From Candidatus Sumerlaeaceae bacterium (GTDB lineage: Bacteria; Sumerlaeota; Sumerlaeia; Sumerlaeales; Sumerlaeaceae): a stretch of 64,000 nucleotides of DNA. Positions 1 through 9,682 of this stretch are shown in pieces (the first letter of the stretch is position 1; each line of letters opens with the position of its first letter). Below the pieces are notes generated by a model. That model saw only the letters and a list, made by a program, of their open reading frames with translations. It did no database searches and was not told where the DNA came from. Where the stretch lies: the NCBI GenBank assembly GCA_051003195.1, contig JBPCLP010000017.1:1-64000 (forward strand), in the 5' to 3' direction. Position numbers and translations under genes: made by a program.

Positions 1-2838
1 GACTGTCTTGGAGACGTACGGAACTGTACGGCTTGCCCGCGGATTCACCTCCAGCACGTAAACGATTTCATCTTTTACCGCGTACTGGATGTTCATCAAT
101 CCGCGTACACCGAGCGCGCGGCCAAGCTCGCGGGTGTAGTGCCGAATATCGCCAAGCACTTTATCCGATAACGTGCGAGTAGGAATAACACAAGCCGAGT
201 CGCCCGAGTGAATACCCGCCTCCTCTATATGCTCCATTACCGCGGCTACTATGCAACGGCCCGCGTCATTCTTCTCGCCGGGAACTCCGCTAAAGTCGCA
301 GATCGCATCGACATCTACTTCAATTGCGCCATCCAGGAACTTGTCCACGAGCACGGGATGCTCCGGTGTGACTTCAAGTGCAGCCTGCATGAAGCCCTTC
401 AGCTGTTTATCCGTGTAAACGATCTGCATTCCGCGCCCGCCAAGCACATAACTGGGCCGGACCATGACTGGATAACCTATGCGAGTGGCGAGTTCCTTCA
501 GCTCCTTAAAGCTGCGTCCGCTGCCGTTGTCTGGTGAAGGGATTTTCAGGCGGTTCAGCAACGCACCAAACTGTTCACGATCTTCCGCCAGGTCAATCGC
601 AGCGGGCGAGGTGCCAACAATTCGAGTTGGCAAATTGTTCTCGCGTATGTAAGTCTCAATCGCGTGAGCAAGTTTAAGAGGTGTCTGCCCCCCGAACTGC
701 ACTATGATGCCGGTGACTTCGCCGTTACCGCACTCGTTCTCGATGATGTTGAGCACGTCTTCCGCAGTAAGCGGCTCAAAGTACAGTCGGTCAGCCGTGT
801 CATAATCGGTCGAAACCGTCTCTGGGTTTGAGTTTACCATGATGGTCTCAAACCCAGCCTGCTTCAACGCGAAAACGGCCTGCACGCAGCAGTAATCGAA
901 TTCGATTCCCTGGCCGATCCGGTTCGGGCCGCCGCCGAGGATAATAACTTTCTTCCTGTTAGTCGGCTGCGCCTCGTTTGAAAAACTAAGATTCGTATCC
1001 TCGTATGTGGAATAGAAGTATGGAGTCTGGGCTTCAAACTCACCGCCGCACGTATCGACGCTTTTAAAGACCGCACGCACGCCGAGTTCCTGTCTGCGTT
1101 TCCGCACGTCCCATTCGGTCCATCGGGATTTTCGGCCGCTGAGTAAAAATGCGAGCTGCGGGTCCGAGAACCCCATCTGCTTCGCACGCATAAACCAGCA
1201 GCGCTCGGCCTCGGTTTTTGCTGCGGATTTCTTTTTACCGCCGCTGATCGTAAAACCACCGCTTTGCGCCGCGCCGGCGAGCTGGTGTTCGAAATCCGTG
1301 ATCTCGCGCAGGTTCTCCAGGAACCACGGATCCACGTGCGTGTTTTGAAAAACTTCGTCCACGGACATTAGTGCGTGAGTACTTTTGCCCACTTGGTCGG
1401 GTGCGTCGCCGGCTCCAGCTGCTGCGTACACCTCCAGCTTGCCCTTTGCATTCGGCACACGGCCACGCAGAGCGGCGCGTATCCAGAATATCCTGTCGGG
1501 ATTCGGATTTCTCAGGTGCCAGTGCAACTGTGTACGAATGTCGTCCGCCGTGGGATCATAATTAAACTTTCCGTCGGCCCCCAGCCCCGCGCGGCCGATT
1601 TCCAGGCCGCGCAATCCTTTTTGGATCGCTTCCTTGAAAGTACGGCCAATTGCCATCGTCTCCCCGACGCTCTTCATCTGCGTCCCCAGCAATGGCTGCG
1701 CGCCCGGGAATTTCTCAAACGCAAACCGGGGAATCTTTACCACGCAGTAATCGATCGTCGGCTCAAAGCACGCCGGCGTCTTCTTGGTGATGTCGTTTGG
1801 CAACTGGTCCAGTCTCATCCCCGTCGCCAGCTTGGCCGCAATCTTTGCGATGGGGAAGCCCGTCGCTTTGCTTGCGAGAGCACTGCTGCGGCTGACTCGC
1901 GGATTCATCTCGATCACAACGCGGCGACCTGTTGATGGTTCGACTGCGAACTGTACGTTACTGCCGCCAGTATCAACACCGATGGCGCGAATGATTTTGC
2001 AGGCATCGTCACGCATTGCCTGGTATTCGCGGTCGGTCAGTGTCTGGATTGGCGCCACTGTAATCGAATCGCCCGTGTGAACGCCCATGGGATCGAGATT
2101 TTCGATCGAGCAGACGATCACGACATTATCGTACATGTCTCGCATCACCTCGAGTTCGAATTCCTTCCAGCCGAGGATGCTCTGCTCGATCATGATTTCA
2201 TGGGTGGGCGAAAGACCGAGACCCTTTTGCGCGATCTCAAGAAACTCTTCCATATTATAAGCCGTCCCACCACCGCTGCCGCCCAGCGTAAAGGAAGGGC
2301 GAATGATGACTGGGAATTCGAGTTCCTGCGCTTTTTCCAGAGCATCATACGCCGCGCGCCGGATGTGTTCTTCACGTCCGGTTTCCGCCCTGATGATCGC
2401 GCTGCGCGGCACGTCCAGTCCGATCTCGAGCATCGTTTCCTTGAAACGCATCCGGTCTTCAGCGCGCTCAATAGCCGCCTCGTTCGCGCCGATGAGTTCG
2501 CAGCCGTATTTCTTCAGTACGCCTTTCGCTGAGAGTTCCATTGCGAGGTTTAGCGCGGTCTGTCCGCCGAGAGTTGGTAAAACAGCATTCGGTCGCTCGC
2601 GTTCGATAATGCTTTCCACCACGTCTGCTGTCAGGGGCTCGATGTATGTACGATCGCCGAACTGCGGATCCGTCATAATCGTCGCGGGATTCGAATTTAC
2701 GAGTACGACTTCATATCCGTCCTCGCGCAGGGCTTTGCAGCCCTGGGTGCCGGAGTAGTCAAATTCCGGGCCCTGACCGATCACAATCGGACCGCTGCCA
2801 ATTACCAGGATCTTCTGAATATCACGCCGTTGCGCCAA
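1..2838 (-). CDS. carB: Carbamoyl-phosphate synthase large subunit (5' part; runs off the window start)
   Basis: Not in the ORF track because it is truncated. Manual translation from TTG at 2838 gives [32 protein letters not shown], later [21 protein letters not shown], and [18 protein letters not shown] in the same frame at positions 60-1. Confidence 0.97.
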   Translation of the reverse strand, partial: MAQRRDIQKILVIGSGPIVIGQGPEFDYSGTQGCKALREDGYEVVLVNSNPATIMTDPQFGDRTYIEPLTADVVESIIERERPNAVLPTLGGQTALNLAMELSAKGVLKKYGCELIGANEAAIERAEDRMRFKETMLEIGLDVPRSAIIRAETGREEHIRRAAYDALEKAQELEFPVIIRPSFTLGGSGGGTAYNMEEFLEIAQKGLGLSPTHEIMIEQSILGWKEFELEVMRDMYDNVVIVCSIENLDPMGVHTGDSITVAPIQTLTDREYQAMRDDACKIIRAIGVDTGGSNVQFAVEPSTGRRVVIEMNPRVSRSSALASKATGFPIAKIAAKLATGMRLDQLPNDITKKTPACFEPTIDYCVVKIPRFAFEKFPGAQPLLGTQMKSVGETMAIGRTFKEAIQKGLRGLEIGRAGLGADGKFNYDPTADDIRTQLHWHLRNPNPDRIFWIRAALRGRVPNAKGKLEVYAAAGAGDAPDQVGKSTHALMSVDEVFQNTHVDPWFLENLREITDFEHQLAGAAQSGGFTISGGKKKSAAKTEAERCWFMRAKQMGFSDPQLAFLLSGRKSRWTEWDVRKRRQELGVRAVFKSVDTCGGEFEAQTPYFYSTYEDTNLSFSNEAQPTNRKKVIILGGGPNRIGQGIEFDYCCVQAVFALKQAGFETIMVNSNPETVSTDYDTADRLYFEPLTAEDVLNIIENECGNGEVTGIIVQFGGQTPLKLAHAIETYIRENNLPTRIVGTSPAAIDLAEDREQFGALLNRLKIPSPDNGSGRSFKELKELATRIGYPVMVRPSYVLGGRGMQIVYTDKQLKGFMQAALEVTPEHPVLVDKFLDGAIEVDVDAICDFSGVPGEKNDAGRCIVAAVMEHIEEAGIHSGDSACVIPTRTLSDKVLGDIRHYTRELGRALGVRGLMNIQYAVKDEIVYVLEVNPRASRTVPYVSKTV

Positions 2839-3182
2839 CTGCCAAGCCTTCCTTCAAAGGGTGGACACGGCGCAATTGCCGCGCAAACCACCGCGTCTGC
2901 GACCGCAGCAGCCGCCCCGCCGGCGACGGTATCCGGCATCGGAAACCGTTAACGGCACAAGCTGTTCAGGCCGGAGCTTTGATCCCGCCCAAAAGGGGAG
3001 TCCCCAGGTAGGGGTGCAACTGTTTTGTTCGCGCTTGCGGTAAACTCTCGCAGCGCTTTAGCCGCTTAGTACGAAGCGTAACAACTGGCTTGCAGTATTG
3101 AGAATCCTTGCATCCCTCAGGTTTGTTCCGGTTAAATAATGACATAAAACGCTGACGATGACTAAATGATGGAGTTCCTTAA

Positions 3183-4775
3183 TTGAAATTGAATTTAACC
3201 GTAGTATTTGCAGCCATTATCGTCACCGCAGTGCTACCCGGCTTTACTGCGGCTACAATCAGTGTTACCACCGCTCCGCTCACGTTCGGGTTTCGGTCGA
3301 GCAGTGCGGGGCCCACGACGGTCAAGACCCTCATCATTAGTAACGTTGGTGACGCCGACTTGGTGTTCAGCACACCTGGCATCCAGATCAGTGGTGCCAG
3401 CGCCTCAAGCTTCCAGATCACCAACTCGCCTGCAACCACGCCGCTGCCTTCCGGCCAGAGTCGCTCCATCGATATAGTATTTGATCCCACCGGTGTTGGC
3501 CGAGCCATCGCCCGACTTGAGATCAACACGAACTCGAGTTCACGCCCCGCCTTTCGCGCTGTCATGCATGGCTTCGGCGGACATTTCTTTGGTGGTAACA
3601 GTGCGAATGAAGATCCTGTGCTCTGGCTTTCCGCAAACGACGCGCTGGTCACCGACACAGTACCTACCGCAGTATTTTCTCCGACCCTGCTGAGTGTTTG
3701 GCCTGACATTTCAGGCAACGGCAATCATGCAATCTCCCCCGGCAGCAATAATCGACCTCATTGGCGAGCGAAGTCGAGCATTGATGTCAGCCTGGGTGTT
3801 TATTTCCATGAGGGAAGCAACACCTTCGAGCCGTCATGGACTTTAAACGGCTCTCTCTCCTGCGGCGCGGCGCGTTCAATTGCAGTAGTGGCCGACCCAG
3901 GCGAGGGCAACCTTAACCAGTTTCTTATACGCAATGAAAACGACTTTCTGCTGCGTTGTCCTTATTCTCAATTTACGATGCAGCGGAACTATAGCACCCG
4001 CATGGGCAATGGAACAGACTGGTATACCACGCGCACTTATACGCAGGTCGACCTTATGCCTTACTATGAGAAGAACATACTCCTTAGTTCACTTCACGAC
4101 GGGAGTACTCATTACCCATACGTGCTCGGGCGCGCCCTTCCGACAGAAGCGGGTGCGACTGCTTCGTTTAACGATGGCTACATCCTGGGAGAAAAGGCCG
4201 AGGCCTTCCTTGTCGAGGTCCTCGTCTTCAATCGTATGCTGTCTACCGAACACCGTCTGGCTGTCGACAGCTACCTGTCGCGAAAAAACAAGACTGCCCT
4301 CCAGACCTCCTCCAGTGTCTCTATTGCATCGGGAGATACGGGGCTTTACACCCTCGGGGATCAAGGCGTGGTCGTAAACCTTGTACAGAACACGGGTACC
4401 GCCGGGAGCCTCAACTGCATTCGCGTAAACGGGACTCCGACAGGCAGCTTCTCTGGCGCGTCCGCAACTGGCCCTAATGGCTCCTCAATTACCCCATCGC
4501 AATTCAGCATACCAGCAGTGTGGCAGGTCAGTGCCAGCGGCCTGTCGACCATCAGCTATGCCATAACCATTGATATGGAGGAGTTCGGCCTGGCTGGTGA
4601 CCTGGACAGGCTTGTTGTTCTTAAACGCAGCAACAGCTCGAGCCCGTGGGTGGCACTTAACACGTCGCGTGCCGCAACTGCACTCTGCTCCAGTGGGCAA
4701 ACCAGCTTTTCCGAGTTTACGGTTGGGCAGGCCCCGGGAAGTGCCGCAGTAGGAGACTGGGAATTGCTCCACTAA
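3183..4775 (+). CDS. Secreted multidomain protein: Ig-like (ASH/choice-of-anchor D-like) domain, LamG-like region, beta-rich C-terminal domain and a short AAVGDWELLH tail
   Basis: Signal peptide MKLNLTVVFAAIIVTAVLPGFTAA; Ig-like pattern ISNVGDADL...LPSGQS..I.F.PT; LWL.A...WPDISGNGNHA and EVLVFNRMLS...VDSYLSRK motifs typical of LamG-like modules; GGAG upstream of the TTG start. Confidence 0.7.
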   Translation: MKLNLTVVFAAIIVTAVLPGFTAATISVTTAPLTFGFRSSSAGPTTVKTLIISNVGDADLVFSTPGIQISGASASSFQITNSPATTPLPSGQSRSIDIVFDPTGVGRAIARLEINTNSSSRPAFRAVMHGFGGHFFGGNSANEDPVLWLSANDALVTDTVPTAVFSPTLLSVWPDISGNGNHAISPGSNNRPHWRAKSSIDVSLGVYFHEGSNTFEPSWTLNGSLSCGAARSIAVVADPGEGNLNQFLIRNENDFLLRCPYSQFTMQRNYSTRMGNGTDWYTTRTYTQVDLMPYYEKNILLSSLHDGSTHYPYVLGRALPTEAGATASFNDGYILGEKAEAFLVEVLVFNRMLSTEHRLAVDSYLSRKNKTALQTSSSVSIASGDTGLYTLGDQGVVVNLVQNTGTAGSLNCIRVNGTPTGSFSGASATGPNGSSITPSQFSIPAVWQVSASGLSTISYAITIDMEEFGLAGDLDRLVVLKRSNSSSPWVALNTSRAATALCSSGQTSFSEFTVGQAPGSAAVGDWELLH

Positions 4776-4886
4776 TTTGTTTTCCGCACTTGCATCCGGA
4801 TTTGAGCGCACTTAAGATAACATGATGAAGCTGTATCCGGCTTGCGAATACTTTGCTGCTGCGGCAACAATGCTACTATTGCGCCC

Positions 4887-6500
4887 ATGACAGAGACCGC
4901 CGCCGCCTATCACAAGCGTCTCGTTGATTTACTGAATCATGTTGGGCACATCGTTTCGTCCAGCAAGAACCTCGATACAATGTTGATCGCGACGGTGAAT
5001 CTGTTGCGCACTACACTTAATGTGGACCGGTGCAGCATTCTCATCGTTGATCCAGTGAAAAATGTGCTGAGGATGAAGGCGGCTTCGGGAATACCGTACG
5101 ACGAATGGGCGAAGGTTCGTGTAAAAGTGGGGGAGGGGATAAGCGGTAGCGTTGCGGCCTCAGGAAAAGCCCTGGTGGTAGCGGATATTCGGGCATCGCA
5201 GTACGCTTCCTATGCCGACGAAAATCGTTACGGTACATTCAGCTTTATCTGTGCGCCGCTCATCGTGAAAAGCCGGACAATCGGCGTGATCAACGTCAAC
5301 AATCAGCCACACCAGCGTCCGTTTCAGCCAGAAGATCTGGAACTGGTTAGCAGTGTGTCCGGGCTAGTCGCGCTGGCGATCGACAACGCCAGGCTCCTTT
5401 CCGCGTCCAGCGATATGCGCACGCAGCTAGAGAACATCGTCGAGACTTTGCCACAGGCGGTGCTTACGGTTACGCTGGCGGGGCGGATCACCTTGTGTAA
5501 TATGCGGCTGGTTCGGATGCTTGCACTACCACAGGATGCTCCGACCGAAGGGCGCGATATCGATGATCTGCTGCCGGAGCCATTGCTATCGTCCGTGAAG
5601 GCAATGCAGCGTGAATCGGTCGACTATGCCGTGGAAACGCGGCGCGAACTGGAATTTACGTCGGCGGTTGCAGGCACGATCCCGGTCGAAATAAATGTAG
5701 CCCCGATTAACGACGCCAATGGAACTGTGAACGGCACGCTGGTCACATTGCTGGATGTTTCCCTGCGCCGCGAAATTACCGAACTCAGGCGGGTGGATGA
5801 ACTGAAGTCGAATTTCGTGAGTCTGATTTCACACGAGCTTCGCACTCCACTAACAGCTATAAAGGGGGCTGTGCATCTGCTTCTGAACCCGCCTGGTGGA
5901 CCGGCAACCGAGCCGCAAAAGATGCTGTCGACAATCGTTCATAATAACACTGAACGTCTCATTCGCCTGGTGAACGATCTGCTCGACATGGTAAGCATAG
6001 AAAATCACACGATGACGGTGGTTCGCCGGCCGGAACACCTGCAGAGCCTGATCGACGCGTGTATTACGGCCTACAAACCGACTGCGGAATCCAAGGGCAT
6101 TCAGCTAAATGTAAAACTCGCCGATGCTACAGCACCGGTTGATCGGCATCGTCTTCACCAGGCTGTATGTCACCTTCTTGATAACGCGATCAAGTTTACT
6201 CCCAAGGGGGGAACGATTTACGTGACGCTGGAGAGCTTTGAAGATCGTGCCAGCATCACAGTGGAAGATAACGGCTGCGGCCTCACTGTCGATTCGCACG
6301 AGAAACTGTTCAGTAAATTCTTCCAGGCACAGGACCCACTCACGCGATCGTGCGGTGGCACCGGAATCGGGCTGTTTATGGCGCGATCCATTGCTGAGCT
6401 GCATGGCGGCCGCATCTTTGCGGGCCCGCCATCTAACAAGGGTGCAAGCTTCACTCTCGAAGTACCTACCCACGAGGGTGTGCTCGCCGGCAGCGGTTGA
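4887..6500 (+). CDS. Cytoplasmic sensor histidine kinase (GAF-PAS-HisKA-HATPase)
   Basis: H-box SHELRTPLTAI, N-box LLDNAIKFT, G1 DNGCG, G2 GGTGIGL; N-terminal GAF (VGEGISGSVA, CAPLIVKSRTIGVINV); no TM helix; ATG 4887 preferred over the track's TTG 4842. Confidence 0.92.
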   Translation: MTETAAAYHKRLVDLLNHVGHIVSSSKNLDTMLIATVNLLRTTLNVDRCSILIVDPVKNVLRMKAASGIPYDEWAKVRVKVGEGISGSVAASGKALVVADIRASQYASYADENRYGTFSFICAPLIVKSRTIGVINVNNQPHQRPFQPEDLELVSSVSGLVALAIDNARLLSASSDMRTQLENIVETLPQAVLTVTLAGRITLCNMRLVRMLALPQDAPTEGRDIDDLLPEPLLSSVKAMQRESVDYAVETRRELEFTSAVAGTIPVEINVAPINDANGTVNGTLVTLLDVSLRREITELRRVDELKSNFVSLISHELRTPLTAIKGAVHLLLNPPGGPATEPQKMLSTIVHNNTERLIRLVNDLLDMVSIENHTMTVVRRPEHLQSLIDACITAYKPTAESKGIQLNVKLADATAPVDRHRLHQAVCHLLDNAIKFTPKGGTIYVTLESFEDRASITVEDNGCGLTVDSHEKLFSKFFQAQDPLTRSCGGTGIGLFMARSIAELHGGRIFAGPPSNKGASFTLEVPTHEGVLAGSG

Positions 6501-6519
6501 ATCGTCTCCTCTACCACTT

Positions 6520-9500
6520 TTAAACGGCCGGCTTTTGGACACTGTTCTGCGGATCTGCACAGAGGAAATCGCCGCCTCGTGCAGACAGCAGTCTCGGAAT
6601 TACGGGACCACACCAGCGCCAGAAAAATGCCGGGGTGTACATGATGTCCAATATTGTGGAGCTTACAAGTCCAGCGAGCATTACCTGGGCCATAGGCTGC
6701 AGTATCTCTTTACCCGGTACACCTGCGCTGATGGCAAATGGAATCAATCCAAGCGCCGCGCAGATGGATGTCATCAGCACCGGAATTAATCGCTCCAGTG
6801 AGCCACGTATGATCATTGGTTTTCCGAACGTCTCACCCTCCTCCTTGAGCAAATGTATGTAGTGGTTGATGAGCATTATACCGTTTCGAAGACTGATGCC
6901 GGTGAGTGTGATGAAACCCATCAGGGACGCAATGGAGAAAACGCGTGAGCCAAAGGCTATGGCCGCCACAGCGCCGATCATCGCTAATGGCACATTAAAC
7001 AGAACTGCCAATACCACACGATGCACTCGGAAAAGGTTGTAGAGTAGCAGATACATAACCGCCAGCGACAACAGGCTAAGCAAACCGATAACCCGCGCCG
7101 CTTGCTGCTGGGCTTCGAACTGTCCACCGTAAGTGATGAAATAGCCGGGTGGAAGCTTCTTCCCAACCTGCTCGTCCACTTTACGTCTCACTTCCTTTAT
7201 GATCGTTCCCAGATCGCGATCGGCAACGTTCGCCTGGATAACAATGCGCCGCTGCACGTTCTCCCGGTTTACGGTATTCGGGCCCGTGCCCTCAAGTACA
7301 TCAGCAACGGCCTTGAGCGGCACCTTCCCGCCTGTCGGAGTGTCGATCAGAAGTTCCTTAAGTGCTTCGGCATCACGACGGGAGTCGTCGGTATACTTCA
7401 CCACGATATCATAGCGGCGCTGACCTTCAATCATCTCCGATACTTTTTCGCCGTATAACGCGCCTTCGAGCGTCCTGGCGAGATCGCCTACCTGCACTCC
7501 ATAACGCTCCGCTTCGTCGCGCAGCAGTTTGATCTGCAGCTGGGGCATCGGAACCTGCTGTTCCACGGAAAGGTCGACGATCCCTTTCACGGTGGCCATT
7601 TGCGCCTCAATTTCCTCGGCGCTGTGGCGCAGTACGTCCAGGTCGTCTCCGAAGACCTTTATCGCTATCTGTGCGTTCACGCCGGAAAGAAGATGGTCCA
7701 TGCGATGGGAGATTGGCTGACCAATGTTAGGGATGACTCCCTTGAGTGCGGAGAGCTTTTCGCGCACATCTCCGAGAATTTCCTCGCGCAGGCGTTTGGA
7801 TGGTTTCAGGTCTACATCGATTTCGGAAGAGTGCACGCCTTCTGCGTGCTCGTCGAGTTCAGCACGCCCTGTCCGGCGAGCCACGGAAATTACCTCCGGA
7901 ATCTCCAGTAGCCGGCGTTCGGCTATAGTACCGATATTGTTCGACTCTTCCAGCGACGTTCCGGGTACGGCTTTCAGATTAATGGTAAGCGTTCCTTCAT
8001 TGAAAGAAGGCAGAAACTGTTTGCCGAAGTTGAGAAAGACCACAACCGATATGATAGCCAGGGCATAGAAAACCCCCATGACGATATTGGGGAAAGCCAG
8101 GGTAAAGCGCAGCTGCACAAGATCAAGTCGCTTGAGCTGGCGCACCAGCCAAGAGTCTTTATCGTGGCCTCCAAGCCTGGAGTCCGGCAGCAGGTAGGAC
8201 GCTAGTGCTGGTGTCACCGTGATGGAGATAACCAGTGACGCAACGATGGCAACAATATAAGCAATCCCAAGCGGGCGAAAGATCCGACCCTCAATTCCGC
8301 TTAACTGAAACAACGGAATGAAGACAATTATCATCATTGCCGTGGCGTAGACCAGGGTTCCACGCACCTCGTTTGAAGCGTTGTAGACCACAAGCAGAGG
8401 ATTCAGCGGATGAGCGAGCTGGCGGTTCTCTTTAAGGCGCCGGAATACATTCTCGACGTCGATGACGGCGTCATCGACCAGCTCGCCGATAGCGACCGCC
8501 AGACCACCCAGTGTCATCGTGTTAATGGAAATCCCGGCCATACGAAAGAACAGGCCCGTCACAATAAAGGACAGCGGTATTGCGGTAAGAGTGATAAGTG
8601 TGGTGCGCACGTTGAGAAGAAACAGGACGAGAACGATGAGTACCAGAATCGCGGCATCGCGGATCGCCTCAACCAGGTTATCGATGGAACTTTCTATGAA
8701 GTGCCGCTGCTGGAAGAGGTTTGGATTAATCGTCACACCAGGAGGCAGTGAGGATTTAAGCTCCTCCACCACTGCCAGCACCCGTTTGGTCAGTTCCACT
8801 GTATCGGCGCCCGGTTGTTTCTGCACGCTCAGAATAACTGCGGGCTTTCCGCCTTCGCCCGCGTCTCCCCGCTTGACCTGAACGCCAGTCGTAATCTCTG
8901 CCACACTGCTGAGCAGGATCGGTTTCCCCTCACGATACGTGACAACCGAATGGGCCAGTTCATCGAGTTTCGTGATGCGACCAATATTGCGTACGAGCCA
9001 TTCCTGCCCCTGCTGCACCAGAAAGCCGCCGGTTGAGTTCTGATTGGCGTTCTTAACTGCCTTGTCGACCTCTTCCATGGTGAGGTTAAATTGCTTCAGT
9101 TTCGCGGGCACCACTTTGACATGCACCTGCATCCGGCCGCCGCCGATCGGAATAACCTGGCTCACCCCGGGAATCGTAAGAAGCCTTGGCCTAATGGTCC
9201 AGTCAGCGATGCTGCGCACTTCCATGGGGGCCAGCGTACTGGATTGCACACTCATGAGCATAATCTCGCCCATGATGGACGTGATCGGACCCATCTCAGG
9301 CGAAATACCCTCGGGTAACTGTTCGCGTACCAGGGACAGTTTCTCCGCCACGAGCTGGCGAGCCTTCAGAATGTCGATATCCCAGCCGAATTCCACGAAG
9401 ACAATGGAAAGACCAATGCCTGAGGTGGAGCGAACGCGCTGAACGCCGGCTGCTCCGTTTAGACCCGTTTCTATTGGGAAGGTGACAAGAGTCTCGACCT

Positions 9501-9678
9501 CTTCGGGGGCGAGGCCGGGTGATTCGGTCATTATGGTGACCGTTGGCCGGTTCAGATCAGGTAAGACGTCGACCGGCAACTGGTACGTTTCATACGAGCC
9601 ATAGAGCACCAGCACCACCGCTGCGACCAGAACAAATAGCCGGTTCTGAATGGAAAAGTGGATCAGCTTATGCAGCAT
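6520..9678 (-). CDS. CusA/CzcA-family heavy-metal efflux RND permease
   Basis: LPVDVLPDLNRPTV, GLAPEEVETLVTFPIE, TM4 AIGELVDDAVIDVEN, FLPSFNEG, ERLIPVLMT; start MLHKLIHFS at 9678 lies 4 nt after the upstream stop. Confidence 0.95.
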   Translation of the reverse strand: MLHKLIHFSIQNRLFVLVAAVVLVLYGSYETYQLPVDVLPDLNRPTVTIMTESPGLAPEEVETLVTFPIETGLNGAAGVQRVRSTSGIGLSIVFVEFGWDIDILKARQLVAEKLSLVREQLPEGISPEMGPITSIMGEIMLMSVQSSTLAPMEVRSIADWTIRPRLLTIPGVSQVIPIGGGRMQVHVKVVPAKLKQFNLTMEEVDKAVKNANQNSTGGFLVQQGQEWLVRNIGRITKLDELAHSVVTYREGKPILLSSVAEITTGVQVKRGDAGEGGKPAVILSVQKQPGADTVELTKRVLAVVEELKSSLPPGVTINPNLFQQRHFIESSIDNLVEAIRDAAILVLIVLVLFLLNVRTTLITLTAIPLSFIVTGLFFRMAGISINTMTLGGLAVAIGELVDDAVIDVENVFRRLKENRQLAHPLNPLLVVYNASNEVRGTLVYATAMMIIVFIPLFQLSGIEGRIFRPLGIAYIVAIVASLVISITVTPALASYLLPDSRLGGHDKDSWLVRQLKRLDLVQLRFTLAFPNIVMGVFYALAIISVVVFLNFGKQFLPSFNEGTLTINLKAVPGTSLEESNNIGTIAERRLLEIPEVISVARRTGRAELDEHAEGVHSSEIDVDLKPSKRLREEILGDVREKLSALKGVIPNIGQPISHRMDHLLSGVNAQIAIKVFGDDLDVLRHSAEEIEAQMATVKGIVDLSVEQQVPMPQLQIKLLRDEAERYGVQVGDLARTLEGALYGEKVSEMIEGQRRYDIVVKYTDDSRRDAEALKELLIDTPTGGKVPLKAVADVLEGTGPNTVNRENVQRRIVIQANVADRDLGTIIKEVRRKVDEQVGKKLPPGYFITYGGQFEAQQQAARVIGLLSLLSLAVMYLLLYNLFRVHRVVLAVLFNVPLAMIGAVAAIAFGSRVFSIASLMGFITLTGISLRNGIMLINHYIHLLKEEGETFGKPMIIRGSLERLIPVLMTSICAALGLIPFAISAGVPGKEILQPMAQVMLAGLVSSTILDIMYTPAFFWRWCGPVIPRLLSARGGDFLCADPQNSVQKPAV

Positions 9679-9682
9679 GCGT

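Noticed and set aside
208..2758. Several + strand ORFs (up to 186 aa) at the window start
   Set aside because: Antisense shadows of carB, which the track missed because it is truncated.
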